Below are positions 50,627 through 61,923 of a stretch of 64,000 nt of DNA, piece after piece; the first letter of the stretch is position 1; each line of letters starts with the position of its first letter. Under the pieces are notes generated by a model, which had not been told where the DNA came from, did no database searches, and worked only from the letters and a program-made list of their open reading frames with translations. Source of the stretch: an uncultured Coriobacteriia bacterium (GTDB lineage: Bacteria; Actinomycetota; Coriobacteriia; Anaerosomatales; PALSA-660). A program made the translations under genes and the position numbers. Location: the NCBI GenBank assembly GCA_963701985.1, contig OY969691.1, positions 888,135 to 952,134 of the forward strand. Reading direction: 5' to 3'.

Positions 50627-51673
50627 CTAATCGATCAGTGCGTAGTGCTGCAGGCTCGAGTACGGCCAGAAGGGCGCGAGCGTCATGTCGCTCTGGTCGA
50701 CGGGCCCTTCGAAGATGGCCTGGACGTTGTTCTTCTGCGGCTCGGCGGTCAGGTGCATGCGAGCGAACCCGACGACGGTCACGCTCTGGCTGCTGCCGGG
50801 CCCGGAACCGACGATCACGGGCATCACGGCGTCGCTGTTGCCCCGCGTGTACCAATCTTGGAACGCGCGCATGTACGGGGTCTTCTCGCCGGTGACGTCG
50901 GGGTACTGCGTGAGATAGACCGGGTAGGACGTGCCCCCGGCTTCCATGACCGACTCGAAGTCGCTGTCATTCCACTTGTCGTTGTTCCCGGGGTCCTGGA
51001 CGGGCGGGTTGTTGAGGGTGAGCCAGCCGTAGTTGCCTGGACCCGACCCTTCCTGGAGCGACCGCGTCTGCCCGACGACGAATCCGAAGTCCGGGTCGCT
51101 GGCCGAGGCGGCCACGACGGCGAACGGGATGACCCCCGTCATGGCGAGCGAGGTCACGCGCGCGGTCGCGGACGCCGACACCGGCGTGGACGACTCCTTC
51201 CAGATCCGCGCGAAATACAGCGGCGCGTTCGGATCGCTCACGCTGACCTGCACCGTGTCGGGGTTGCCGCTCTGCTGGATCGGCTCGGTATGGCATGCCG
51301 GCACGAGCTCGGGCACGTCCGGCTCGGTCGCATCGGCGACGCGTACGGGGGCCGGAGTCCCCGCGTCGGCCGAGATGTAGGTGCTGCCGGAGTAGAAGGC
51401 TATCGAGGTCACCTCGGCCTCGGGCGCGTTCGACGTGACATACGTGGACACTCGGGCCCGCGCGAGCGTCATGTCCGGCAGGTCGTGGACGGCCGCCAGC
51501 GCCGCGGCGTCCGCCGCCGTCTGCAGCTTCGTCCGCTCCGTGTAGAGCGAGCCCACGTCGACCACCACGGCGGAGATGCCGAGCAGCACGATCATCACGA
51601 TCGCGATGATCAGCGCGCTGGCTCCCTCATCCGCCGTGCTCCAAGCGGTGAGCAGCCCTCGTGTCCCGCGCAT
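50627..51673 (-). CDS. tadG: TadG-like pilus assembly protein
   Basis: N-terminus DEGASALIIAIVMIVLLGISAVVVDVGSLYTERTKLQTAADAAALAA is the TadE/G-like N-terminal pattern. A large extracytoplasmic domain follows. Confidence 0.7.
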   Translation of the reverse strand: MRGTRGLLTAWSTADEGASALIIAIVMIVLLGISAVVVDVGSLYTERTKLQTAADAAALAAVHDLPDMTLARARVSTYVTSNAPEAEVTSIAFYSGSTYISADAGTPAPVRVADATEPDVPELVPACHTEPIQQSGNPDTVQVSVSDPNAPLYFARIWKESSTPVSASATARVTSLAMTGVIPFAVVAASASDPDFGFVVGQTRSLQEGSGPGNYGWLTLNNPPVQDPGNNDKWNDSDFESVMEAGGTSYPVYLTQYPDVTGEKTPYMRAFQDWYTRGNSDAVMPVIVGSGPGSSQSVTVVGFARMHLTAEPQKNNVQAIFEGPVDQSDMTLAPFWPYSSLQHYALID

Positions 51674-51705
51674 GACGGTGTCCGCCTCCTCCTATCGGTC
51701 ATGGG

Positions 51706-52131
51706 TCAGGGAGTCTGCTCGTCGCGCATCTCGGCTGTCGCCGAGAGTTGCCCCGAGCTGGAGCCCCACCATGGAATAGTCAGCTGATACGGGTAGTCCA
51801 CCGTGACGATCCAGTACTTGTCGTGAGACGAGTCGGTCACGCTCGAGAGCTGCGCGACCGTCAGCTGGGAGCTGTCGAGCCCGTACTGCGTGGCGATCGC
51901 GCGTATGTCCGACGCCGAGCACGGCCCCACGGCCGCGCGCCGCGCGCCCTCGCGCGCGACCGCGGTCACGGTGATCCACCGGTTGTAGGTGACGCCGAAA
52001 TCGACCATCCCCATCACGAGGACGACGACGAGCGGCAACACCAGCGCGAACTCGACCGCCTCGGCGCCGCGGTCGTCCCACGACCGCCGCCACAGTGAAC
52101 GCCGCACGTCTCCCACCTCCCCCGAGTGCAT
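51706..52131 (-). CDS. tadE: TadE-like pseudopilin
   Basis: DRGAEAVEFALVLPLVVVLVMGMVDFG is the TadE/F N-terminal motif. 141 aa, directly downstream of flp. Confidence 0.75.
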   Translation of the reverse strand: MHSGEVGDVRRSLWRRSWDDRGAEAVEFALVLPLVVVLVMGMVDFGVTYNRWITVTAVAREGARRAAVGPCSASDIRAIATQYGLDSSQLTVAQLSSVTDSSHDKYWIVTVDYPYQLTIPWWGSSSGQLSATAEMRDEQTP

Positions 52132-52146
52132 GACAAGGAAGACTCG

Positions 52147-52178
52147 CGGGCCGCCGCCCGGATGCGAACGGCGGCCCG
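52147..52178 (-). terminator. Intra-operon hairpin between flp and tadE (possible attenuating terminator)
   Basis: 10-bp GC stem, plus strand CGGGCCGCCG (52147-52156) / CGGCGGCCCG (52169-52178), with a 12-nt loop. On the minus strand it is followed by cgagTCTTCCTTGTC just before the tadE ATG. Confidence 0.35.
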
Positions 52179-52197
52179 GGGTCTCACCCGCCGGCGA

Positions 52198-52371
52198 TCA
52201 CTTGATCGCCGTGGCGGCCGCGTTGAACATCGCGTTGATGTTGGTGCCGAGCAACGTCACGGCGCCGATGATCGCCACCGCGATGAGCGCGACGATGAGT
52301 CCGTACTCGACCGCGGTCGCTCCGTCGTCGCTGTGGCGCCATGCCTGATACCGCGTGAAAGCGCGCAGCAT
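52198..52371 (-). CDS. flp: Flp-family type IVb pilin (57 aa)
   Basis: Absent from the ORF track, where the shortest listed ORF is 60 aa. My translation from ATG 52371 is MLRAFTRYQAWRHSDDGATAVEYGLIVALIAVAIIGAVTLLGTNINAMFNAAATAIK-TGA. It has the Flp processing motif G/ATAVEYGL and a hydrophobic helix. GGAGG lies ~13 nt upstream. Confidence 0.85.
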   Translation of the reverse strand: MLRAFTRYQAWRHSDDGATAVEYGLIVALIAVAIIGAVTLLGTNINAMFNAAATAIK

Positions 52372-52718
52372 CCGTTACACCCCCCTCCGGCCCTCGCCCG
52401 TTCTGGCGGACCGATCACTTCCACCGTCCACGCGGGGGACGCGGTCCTCGAGGTCCGGACATCCGCCGGATGCGGATCTCCGCCGACGATCGCCGCCACG
52501 CGTGCCCCCCGCGTTTCGCGCGGTGTGCAATGAGTGTTTCCGTCGGGCGGGTCACCGCGACTGGGACTTCCGGGGGAACCCCGGCGGATTCGCTCTCGCC
52601 CTGGAGGACGACCGGATACCTGTCCGGAAGGTCAGGCGCGGCCGCACCGGAGCGCCGTGACGGGCCTGCGCCGACGGTCGGCGCCGGCCGGGCGCACGGG
52701 GCAGTGCCGGGAGGCGGC

Positions 52719-53378
52719 TCAGAACCCCGCGGCCGCCGGCGGAGCGACGAGGCCGTGCCCCATCGCGTACACGACCGCTTGCGTGCGGTCCGCTTGCCCG
52801 AGTTTCGCGAGCACGTGGCTCACGTGGGTCTTCACCGTGGCCGAGCTGACCCACAGGCGCTGCGCGATCTGGTGGTTGGTGAGCCCGAGCGCCATGAGAT
52901 CGAGCACCTCGCGCTCTCTCGGCGAGAGCGTGTCGACGGGCGGTGACGGCGCGAGACCGTCGATCAGCCTCTGCGCGACGACGCCGTCCAGGACGGTCTG
53001 TCCGCCCGCGACACCACGGATCGCCGCCACCAGCGCGTCCGCCGTCACGTCCTTCATGAGATAGCTGGACGCACCCGCCGCGACCGCGCCGAACACATCG
53101 TCATCCTCGGCGAAGGACGACAGCACCAGGATGCGCACCCCGGGAGCGGCGAGTCGCAGCCGCTCGCACACCTCGACGCCGCTGAGATCGGGCAACCGCA
53201 TGTCGAGCAGCAGCACGTCAGGGCGTGTCTCGACGCTCCGGCGCACCGCCTCGGCCCCGTCGGCCGCTTCGTCGACGACGTCGATGCCGGCCTCCTCGAG
53301 GACGGCGCGCAGGCCGCGCCGCACCAGTTCGTGGTCGTCCGCGATCACGACTCTGATCGAAGCGTTCTCCGTCAGCAT
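52719..53378 (-). CDS. LuxR/NarL-family response regulator
   Basis: Receiver VVIADDHELVRRGL...DVLLLDMRLPDLSG. C-terminal HTH LSPREREVLDLMALGLTNHQIAQRLWVSSATVKTHVSHVLAKLG. Confidence 0.9.
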   Translation of the reverse strand: MLTENASIRVVIADDHELVRRGLRAVLEEAGIDVVDEAADGAEAVRRSVETRPDVLLLDMRLPDLSGVEVCERLRLAAPGVRILVLSSFAEDDDVFGAVAAGASSYLMKDVTADALVAAIRGVAGGQTVLDGVVAQRLIDGLAPSPPVDTLSPREREVLDLMALGLTNHQIAQRLWVSSATVKTHVSHVLAKLGQADRTQAVVYAMGHGLVAPPAAAGF

Positions 53379-54715
53379 GGGATCTCCACCTTCACCACCG
53401 TGCCCTCCGCGTCGCTGTGGACGCCGAGCGTGCCGCCTTCCGCGCGCGCGCGTTCGCGCATGCTGCGCAGTCCGATCGACTCCTCGCGATCGACGCCGCG
53501 CAGGGCCTTCGCGACGTCGAACCCGCAGCCGTCATCCGTGATGCACAGGCCCGCGCTGCCCGGCCGGTACGTCACGACGAGCACCGCCCGGGTCGCTCGC
53601 GCGTGCTTGACGATGTTGGAAACGGCCTCCTGCGCGACGCGGTACAGACACGCCTCCACGCCGGGCCTGAGAGAGCGTTCCTGTCCGTCGGCGTAGACCC
53701 GCAGGGAGAGCCCGCCGGCTTCAGCGATCTCACGCGCGCGCAGCCCGATGGCACCGACCAGCCCGAGCTTGTCGAGATTGATCGGCCGCAGGTCGTAGAT
53801 GTAGCGGCGGAGCTCCGTGAGGCTGCGCACGAGCACCGCTTGCGCGTGGTCGAGCCTCGTCACGACGTCGGCGGGATGGTCGCGCACCCGCTTGCGGCAC
53901 ACGTCGAGCTCGAGCGTCACGCTGAAGAGCGACTGCGAGAGCCCGTCGTGCATCTCCTTGGCGATACGCCCGCGCTCCTCGGCGAGCAGCGAGTTCTCGG
54001 AGCGGTCGTGCAGGCGCGCGTTCTCCGTCGCGGTGCCGGCGAACGCCCCCAGCACCGCCATCAGGGCGACCTGGTCGCTCGAGAACCGCCGGCTCGAGCC
54101 GTTGATGGCGGTGAGCACGCCGATGCCATGTCCCTTGATCATCACGGGGACCGTGAGGAGACGCGCGTGGTCGGCGCGGAGCGTGACGGGCGCCCGCCTC
54201 GCCATGGCGGCCGCCGACGCCTCACGCACCTCGGCGCTCCACCACGTCTCGGGATACTGGTCGCGGCGCCCTCTCACGAACAGGCAACCTTCGTCGACGC
54301 GCAGCTCGTCTCCGTCGTCGGAGAGCAGGCACAGGACGATCTTGTTCGCGTCGACGAGGCGCTTCGCCTCGTCCACCACCGTCTGCAGCACTTGCTCGAT
54401 CGACTTCGTCGAGGAGATGGCCTCGGCCACCTCGTTGAGCGACGTGATGAGCCGCTCCCGGCTGTGCCGGCGCCGCAGGACCAGGTCCGTCAGCGGACGC
54501 CGCGACGGAACGGCGTCGGGCACCGTCTCGGCCTGAGCGGCCTGCGGTGCGATCGCCCGACCCCCCGCGGCGGCTGCCCCCTCCGCCGCACCGAACGCGA
54601 TGCTGCTGCCCACGCTCGCGCTGTCACCCCCGCGTTCCCGACCGGCGGCCGCGCGTCCCGACGGACACGTGGCGCCCCTGCGGGGGGTGTATTCCCATTG
54701 GGACGCCGGAGCCAT
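53372..54715 (-). CDS. Cytoplasmic GAF-domain sensor histidine kinase (HisKA_3 type)
   Basis: No TM helices. GAF-like region ...VVDEAKRLVDANKIVLCLL...LTVPVMIKGHGIGVLTA. H-box EMHDGLSQSLF and ATPase motifs DDGCGF and GLRSMRERA. Overlaps the response regulator by 7 nt. The start is uncertain. Confidence 0.85.
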   Translation of the reverse strand: MAPASQWEYTPRRGATCPSGRAAAGRERGGDSASVGSSIAFGAAEGAAAAGGRAIAPQAAQAETVPDAVPSRRPLTDLVLRRRHSRERLITSLNEVAEAISSTKSIEQVLQTVVDEAKRLVDANKIVLCLLSDDGDELRVDEGCLFVRGRRDQYPETWWSAEVREASAAAMARRAPVTLRADHARLLTVPVMIKGHGIGVLTAINGSSRRFSSDQVALMAVLGAFAGTATENARLHDRSENSLLAEERGRIAKEMHDGLSQSLFSVTLELDVCRKRVRDHPADVVTRLDHAQAVLVRSLTELRRYIYDLRPINLDKLGLVGAIGLRAREIAEAGGLSLRVYADGQERSLRPGVEACLYRVAQEAVSNIVKHARATRAVLVVTYRPGSAGLCITDDGCGFDVAKALRGVDREESIGLRSMRERARAEGGTLGVHSDAEGTVVKVEIPC

Positions 54716-54779
54716 GCCCGTTCGGACAGCACCGCGGCCGCGAGAGACGTGCGAAAGGTCAGGGACGGGAGCGGGCCGG

Positions 54780-56772
<1,993 letters not shown>

Positions 56773-56803
56773 GTGAGAATGCCTCCTCGTGCAGCCGCGG
56801 GCC

Positions 56804-57346
56804 TCAGTCCAGGTACGCCGACGGCTTGAGCACGCCTATGTATGGCAGGTTCCGATAGCGTTCCGCAAAATCCAGGCCGTATCCGACGACGAACTCGTCA
56901 GGTACGGAGAAGCCGACGTACTTGCACGAGATAGGTACCCGCTGCTTGCCCTCCTTGCTCAGCAGCGTGACCACCTCGAGGCTGGCCGGTTTGCGGCTCG
57001 CGAGGTTCTTGAGCAGGTACTTCAGCGTGAGCCCGGTGTCGAGGATGTCCTCGACCACGAGCACGTCGCGGCCCTCGATCTGCTCGTCGAGGTCCTTGAG
57101 GATGCGCACCACGCCGGACGACTTCGTCGAGGAGCCGTACGACGAGACCGCCATGAAGTCGAGTTCGACGGGGACGGTCATCTCGCGGGCGAGGTCGGCG
57201 ATGAAGAGGGCGGCGCCGCGCAGCACCGCCACGAGAAGGAGCGAGCGACCCTCATAGTCCCTGCTGATCTGGGCGCCGAGCTCGCGCACGCGTTCGCGCA
57301 CCTTCTCCTCGCTCAGCAGCACCGATTCGATGTCGGGGTGGATCAC
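56804..57346 (-). CDS. hpt: Hypoxanthine phosphoribosyltransferase
   Basis: GTG 57346 overlaps the tilS stop (GTGA). Motifs [15 protein letters not shown] and [15 protein letters not shown]. Confidence 0.9.
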   Translation of the reverse strand: MIHPDIESVLLSEEKVRERVRELGAQISRDYEGRSLLLVAVLRGAALFIADLAREMTVPVELDFMAVSSYGSSTKSSGVVRILKDLDEQIEGRDVLVVEDILDTGLTLKYLLKNLASRKPASLEVVTLLSKEGKQRVPISCKYVGFSVPDEFVVGYGLDFAERYRNLPYIGVLKPSAYLD

Positions 57347-58758
57347 TCGCCGTCGTCCCTTCCCGTCGCAGCTCTGTCCCAGCGCAGCATGACCGCTCTC
57401 TCGGTCTCCGGGCGCACCCGGTACTCCTCGCCCAGCTTCACGCCCGCGAGCCACACGATACGGCGGCCGTCGCGCACCACCGGTACCCGCGCGCGCTCCC
57501 GCCGGGGCACCTTCGCGTCGGTGAGCACGTCCTGCAGCTTGCGGCTGCCTTCCATGCCCAGCGGGCGCATCCGGTCGCCGGCCCGCACCGAGTCCACCGT
57601 GAGCTCTCCCGCGATGGCGGAGGCGTCGATGAACGCGGCGAACGGATCGTCGCGCACGGCTCCGGGATCCGCGGGTGTCGCATGCAGTGTGCCGGCATCA
57701 CCCAGATCGACCGCTCCCGGGATGACGAGCACCGAAGGCGAAAGGGGCGGCAGTTGTGCCGGCGCCCGGGAGACGACCAGTGTAGCGTACTCGGTGAACG
57801 CCCGCAGTCCGCCGGGCAGGTCGCGCGCGAAGCTCTCCGACACCATCGCGTCGGCCAGCGCCTCCACCGCGTCGAACTCGAGCCGCGCCGCGTCGGGGAA
57901 GGTCTCGAAGAGCGCCGCGCGCACGACGCGCCGCAGCATGGCCCTCGAGAGCGTCGCCATGCGGCCGCGATCGAAGCGCACCTCGTCCGGCGCCGTCGTG
58001 GCGAAGTCGCGAGCGAACGCGGCCGCCATCTCCTCGAGCAGGCTGTCCTCGTCGCCGAGCACGGTGAGCGTCCGCGCGAGGGCCTCGTCGAAGCGCGGGT
58101 TGAGCTCGCGCAGGAGCGGGACGAGCCTCGAGCGCACGTTCGCACGCAGCCGCGAGCCGTCGGCGTTCGTCGCATCCTCGCGCCAGCCGACGTCCTGCTC
58201 GTGGAGGAACGCCTCGACGTCCGAACGCGTGCAGTCGAGCAGCGGACGGACGACGCGGCCGCGGCGGTAGGGCGGCGAGACCAGCCCGGCCGCGCCGGTG
58301 CCCTGCGCGAGCCGCATGAGCAGCGTCTCGGCCCGGTCGTCGAACGTGTGCGCCGTCGCGATGCGCCCAGCCGACGACGACGCGCCCGCGGCAGCGCACA
58401 CGGCGTCGAGCTCCTCGTCCGCGAAGCGGTAGCGGACACGCCGGCCGGCGTCCTCGAGGTTGAGCCCCGCTTCGGCTGCGTAGGCCCCGACGTCGTAGCG
58501 CACGATGCGGCACGGCACGCCGAGCGTCTCGCAGAGAGCGCGGACGGCGTCGGCGTCGCCCGCCGAGTCCGCGCCACGCAACAGGTGATCGACGTGCAGG
58601 ACGCTCACGGGCAGCGCGCCGAACGCCCCGCGCGCCAGCAGGAGCAGCAGGGCGGTCGAGTCGGCGCCTCCCGAGACCATGGCGAGCACCGGAGCGCCCG
58701 GCTCGAAGAGGTCGTGCGCGGCGGCCGTGGCAGGCGCCTTGTCAGCGAGTCCGCTCAT
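57343..58758 (-). CDS. tilS: tRNA(Ile)-lysidine synthase
   Basis: ORF trimmed to ATG 58758. PP-loop [15 protein letters not shown], then HVDHLLRG and [15 protein letters not shown]. Confidence 0.9.
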   Translation of the reverse strand: MSGLADKAPATAAAHDLFEPGAPVLAMVSGGADSTALLLLLARGAFGALPVSVLHVDHLLRGADSAGDADAVRALCETLGVPCRIVRYDVGAYAAEAGLNLEDAGRRVRYRFADEELDAVCAAAGASSSAGRIATAHTFDDRAETLLMRLAQGTGAAGLVSPPYRRGRVVRPLLDCTRSDVEAFLHEQDVGWREDATNADGSRLRANVRSRLVPLLRELNPRFDEALARTLTVLGDEDSLLEEMAAAFARDFATTAPDEVRFDRGRMATLSRAMLRRVVRAALFETFPDAARLEFDAVEALADAMVSESFARDLPGGLRAFTEYATLVVSRAPAQLPPLSPSVLVIPGAVDLGDAGTLHATPADPGAVRDDPFAAFIDASAIAGELTVDSVRAGDRMRPLGMEGSRKLQDVLTDAKVPRRERARVPVVRDGRRIVWLAGVKLGEEYRVRPETERAVMLRWDRAATGRDDGE

Positions 58759-58802
58759 GCGCCACAGGGTACCCCGTGAGGTGCGGCCGGAGCATCCCGC
58801 GA

Positions 58803-59546
58803 TCATGCGGGGGGCGCGAGCAGCGCCTCGACCTGCGCGAGGGCCGCGTCCGCGAGGATCGCCAGCGCCGCCGCCGCCACCGCTCCCTCGAGCACGAAGG
58901 CGTAGTTCTGCAGGTCGATGCCGGTGATGATCGGGCCGCCCAGACCGCCCGCACCCGCGAGCGCGGCGACCGTCGCCGTGCCGATGTTGATGATCACCGA
59001 CGTGCGGATGCCGGCCATGATCACCCGCGAGGCCAACGGCAGCTCCACCGTGATGAGGATCCTCCACCGTCCCATGCCCATCCCGCGCGCGGCGTCCAGC
59101 ACCGCAGGCGGCACCGCCTCGATGCCCGCCACGGTGTTGCTCACCACGGGGAAGAGCCCGTAGAGCCACAGCGCGACGATCACGGGCGGCAGCCCGAGCC
59201 CGAGGATCGGGATCATGAGGAACAGCACCGCGACCGGCGGGAAGGTCTGACCGAGGTCGACGCCCGCGGCGACGATGTCGCGGAAGTCGCGGCCCGACGG
59301 CCGGGTCACCCAGATGCCGAGCGGCAGACCGATGAGGATGGTGAGCGCGCTCGACGCCAGCACGATCTCGACGTGCTGCCCGACCAGCGCGGCGACGGTC
59401 GCCGACGGGAACGTCGTCTGGGGGAGCCTCGGGAACAGCGCCGAGAGGGCGGCGGCCCACCAGCCCTGCCGCATCACGACCAGCGCGAAGCCCGCGGCCG
59501 CCACGCCGACGGCGACGAGCCCGCCCCAGTGTCTGCGCGACGTCAT
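58803..59546 (-). CDS. Osmoprotectant (glycine betaine/choline-type) ABC transporter permease
   Basis: ORF trimmed to ATG 59546 (ATGA overlap with the ATPase gene). Permease core VVSNTVAGIEAVPPAVLDAARGMGMGRWRILITVELPLA. Confidence 0.85.
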   Translation of the reverse strand: MTSRRHWGGLVAVGVAAAGFALVVMRQGWWAAALSALFPRLPQTTFPSATVAALVGQHVEIVLASSALTILIGLPLGIWVTRPSGRDFRDIVAAGVDLGQTFPPVAVLFLMIPILGLGLPPVIVALWLYGLFPVVSNTVAGIEAVPPAVLDAARGMGMGRWRILITVELPLASRVIMAGIRTSVIINIGTATVAALAGAGGLGGPIITGIDLQNYAFVLEGAVAAAALAILADAALAQVEALLAPPA

Positions 59547-60712
59547 GCGTCGTCCTCCGGCTCGAGCGCCGCGGAAGGCGTTCGCGCGACCTGTCGCGGC
59601 GCCACGCGGGCGTCGCTGTCCGCCATGGCGGCCTCGATCCCCGAGAGCGCGACCTCGCCCAGCAGGCGTCCGCGCTCGTCGACGACCGCGATGGAGCGGA
59701 ACCCGAGGCCGAGCATCCGCGAGAGCGCGTCCTTGAGAGACGTGTCCTCGCGCACCGCGGCTTCGCGCCAGTCGACCGTGGTGATGGCGGTCTCCGGCGG
59801 CAGCCCGCGCGCGATGGCGCGGCAGTCGAACCACCCCTCGAGCCGGTCGTCCTCATCGACCAGGTAGACGAACCGCCCGCTCTCGCATGCCGCCGTCCGC
59901 ACGATGACCTCGGGGTCCCTGCTGTCGCGCAGGCGCGCGACGTCGCGGCGCATCGCGGCGGACGCCGGCACCCGGCCGAGCCGCTTGAGAGCGCGATCGG
60001 CGCCCATGAAGTCGTGCACGAACTTGTTCGCGGGGTGGTCGAGCAGCGCCTCGGGCGTGTCGTACTGCTGTAGCCGTCCCTCGCGCATGAGCGCGATGCG
60101 GTCGGCGAGCCGGATGGCCTCGTCGACGTCGTGGGTGACGAAGATCACCGTCTTGCGCAGCTCGCGCTGGATGCGCGCGAACTCGCCTTGCAGCCGCTGC
60201 CGCGTGAGCGGGTCGACGGCGCCGAACGGCTCGTCCATGAGCAGCACCGGCGGATCGGCGGCCAGAGCGCGCGCGACGCCGATGCGCTGCGCCTCTCCTC
60301 CGGAAAGCTGGCGAGGGTACTTCCTCCCGTATTCCTCGGGGTCCAGCCCCACGAGCGCGAGCAGCTCGTCCACGCGCGTTCGCATGCGCCGGGCGTCCCA
60401 GCCGAGGAGCTTCGGCACCGTCATCACGTTGGCCGCCACGGTGAGGTGCGGGAACAGCCCCACCGACTGGATGGCGTAACCCAGCCCGCGGCGGAGCTCG
60501 TCCGCCGGCACGTCACGGACGTCCCGCCCGCCGACGAAGATCCGGCCGCTCGTGGGCTCGATCAAGCGGTTGACCATGCGCAGCGTGGTCGTCTTGCCAC
60601 AGCCGGACGGCCCGATGAGCACGCACACGTCACCGTCCGGCACCTCGAAGCTGAGCCGGTCGACGGCGAGCGTCTCGCCGTATCGCTTGGTGACCTCTTC
60701 GAGCCGGATCAT
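59543..60712 (-). CDS. Osmoprotectant ABC transporter ATP-binding protein with C-terminal CBS pair
   Basis: Walker A GPSGCGKTT, signature LSGGEAQR, Walker B VLLMDEPFGAVD, and a ~130-aa CBS-like tail. Confidence 0.9.
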   Translation of the reverse strand: MIRLEEVTKRYGETLAVDRLSFEVPDGDVCVLIGPSGCGKTTTLRMVNRLIEPTSGRIFVGGRDVRDVPADELRRGLGYAIQSVGLFPHLTVAANVMTVPKLLGWDARRMRTRVDELLALVGLDPEEYGRKYPRQLSGGEAQRIGVARALAADPPVLLMDEPFGAVDPLTRQRLQGEFARIQRELRKTVIFVTHDVDEAIRLADRIALMREGRLQQYDTPEALLDHPANKFVHDFMGADRALKRLGRVPASAAMRRDVARLRDSRDPEVIVRTAACESGRFVYLVDEDDRLEGWFDCRAIARGLPPETAITTVDWREAAVREDTSLKDALSRMLGLGFRSIAVVDERGRLLGEVALSGIEAAMADSDARVAPRQVARTPSAALEPEDDA

Positions 60713-61920
60713 GGCGCCTCCTGCCGGATCCCCGGCGACACGACGAGCCTCGCGAGCACGCGCAGCACCGCGTCGGCGGCGATGGCCAGCACGACCATCG
60801 GCACCGCGCCGAGCAGGATGAGATCGTTCGCCTGCTCTCCCGCCCCCAGGAACAGCAGGCGTCCGAGGCTGTTCACCCCGATGAAGGCCGCGACGGCCGC
60901 GATGCCGATGTCGAGCACCAGCGCGAGGCGGACCCCCTCGATCACCAGCGGCAGCGCCAGCGGCGCCTCCACGCGCACCAGCAGCTGCGGGCCGTTCATC
61001 CCCATCCCGCGTCCGGCGTCGACCACCGCCTCGTCCACGCCGGCGAGCCCGACGTACGTGTTGCGCACGATCGGCAGCAGCGCGTACAGCGTGAGCGCGA
61101 TCACCGCGGGCAGCGTGCCGATGCCGGGCAGCCCCACGGCGGCGAGCGGGACGACGAGCAGCCCGAAGAGTGCGAGGCTCGGGACGGTCTGGATGATGCC
61201 GACGATCCCCAGCGCCACGGCGCGCACGCGGGGCACGCGCGCCGACACGACTCCGAGAGGGATGCCGATCGCCAGGGCGAGCGCGACCGAGATGCCGACG
61301 ACCTCCATGTGCGCGCCGACGGCCTGCCAGAACGTGGCCGCGTTGTCCCCGTACTCCACGAAGATCCCCAGGCGGCCGAGGCCCCCCAGCAGGGCCGAGG
61401 CGACGCCGGCGGCCGCGAGCACCGCGGCGAGCGCCTTCGCCGCCCGGGACCCCGGGGATGACGCGTCATGCGCGGCGGCGAACCAGACGATGCCGACGCC
61501 GGCCAGACCGAGCCATCCGGCCGAGCTCACCGAGACGCGCGCGAACGACGACATGCCGTGAAGGAGAGCCTCCGCCGCCTGCCCGAGCGCCCACGGCAGC
61601 GCGGCGGTCATCGCGGTGGCGCCGGCCAGCAGGGCGGCCCCGCGTCGCCGCAGCGGTGCCACGGCGGCCGCCAGCGCGACGGCGGCTGCCAGCACGAGCG
61701 CCCACCCCGCGGGCCCGGCGGCCCAGACCGGACGCGACACGCCGTTCGCGATCCGGTTCGCGCTCACGACCACGAACGGCAGCACCACGCAGGAGATGAG
61801 CGCGATGAGCGCGCCCGTCGCGGCCACGCGGTCCACCCGCGCGGGCTCGACGGCCGCGCCGGCCGGCTCCTCACCTGCCGGTGCCCGGGAGGACCGTCCG
61901 GCGTGGCGCGCCTCGCCCAT
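60709..61920 (-). CDS. Osmoprotectant ABC transporter permease with extended N-terminal membrane domain
   Basis: The C-terminal ~210 aa are a typical permease (IVRNTYVGLAGVDEAVVDAGRGMGMNGPQLLVRVEAPLA). The N-terminal ~190 aa add extra hydrophobic helices. Confidence 0.8.
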   Translation of the reverse strand: MGEARHAGRSSRAPAGEEPAGAAVEPARVDRVAATGALIALISCVVLPFVVVSANRIANGVSRPVWAAGPAGWALVLAAAVALAAAVAPLRRRGAALLAGATAMTAALPWALGQAAEALLHGMSSFARVSVSSAGWLGLAGVGIVWFAAAHDASSPGSRAAKALAAVLAAAGVASALLGGLGRLGIFVEYGDNAATFWQAVGAHMEVVGISVALALAIGIPLGVVSARVPRVRAVALGIVGIIQTVPSLALFGLLVVPLAAVGLPGIGTLPAVIALTLYALLPIVRNTYVGLAGVDEAVVDAGRGMGMNGPQLLVRVEAPLALPLVIEGVRLALVLDIGIAAVAAFIGVNSLGRLLFLGAGEQANDLILLGAVPMVVLAIAADAVLRVLARLVVSPGIRQEAP

Positions 61921-61923
61921 CCG

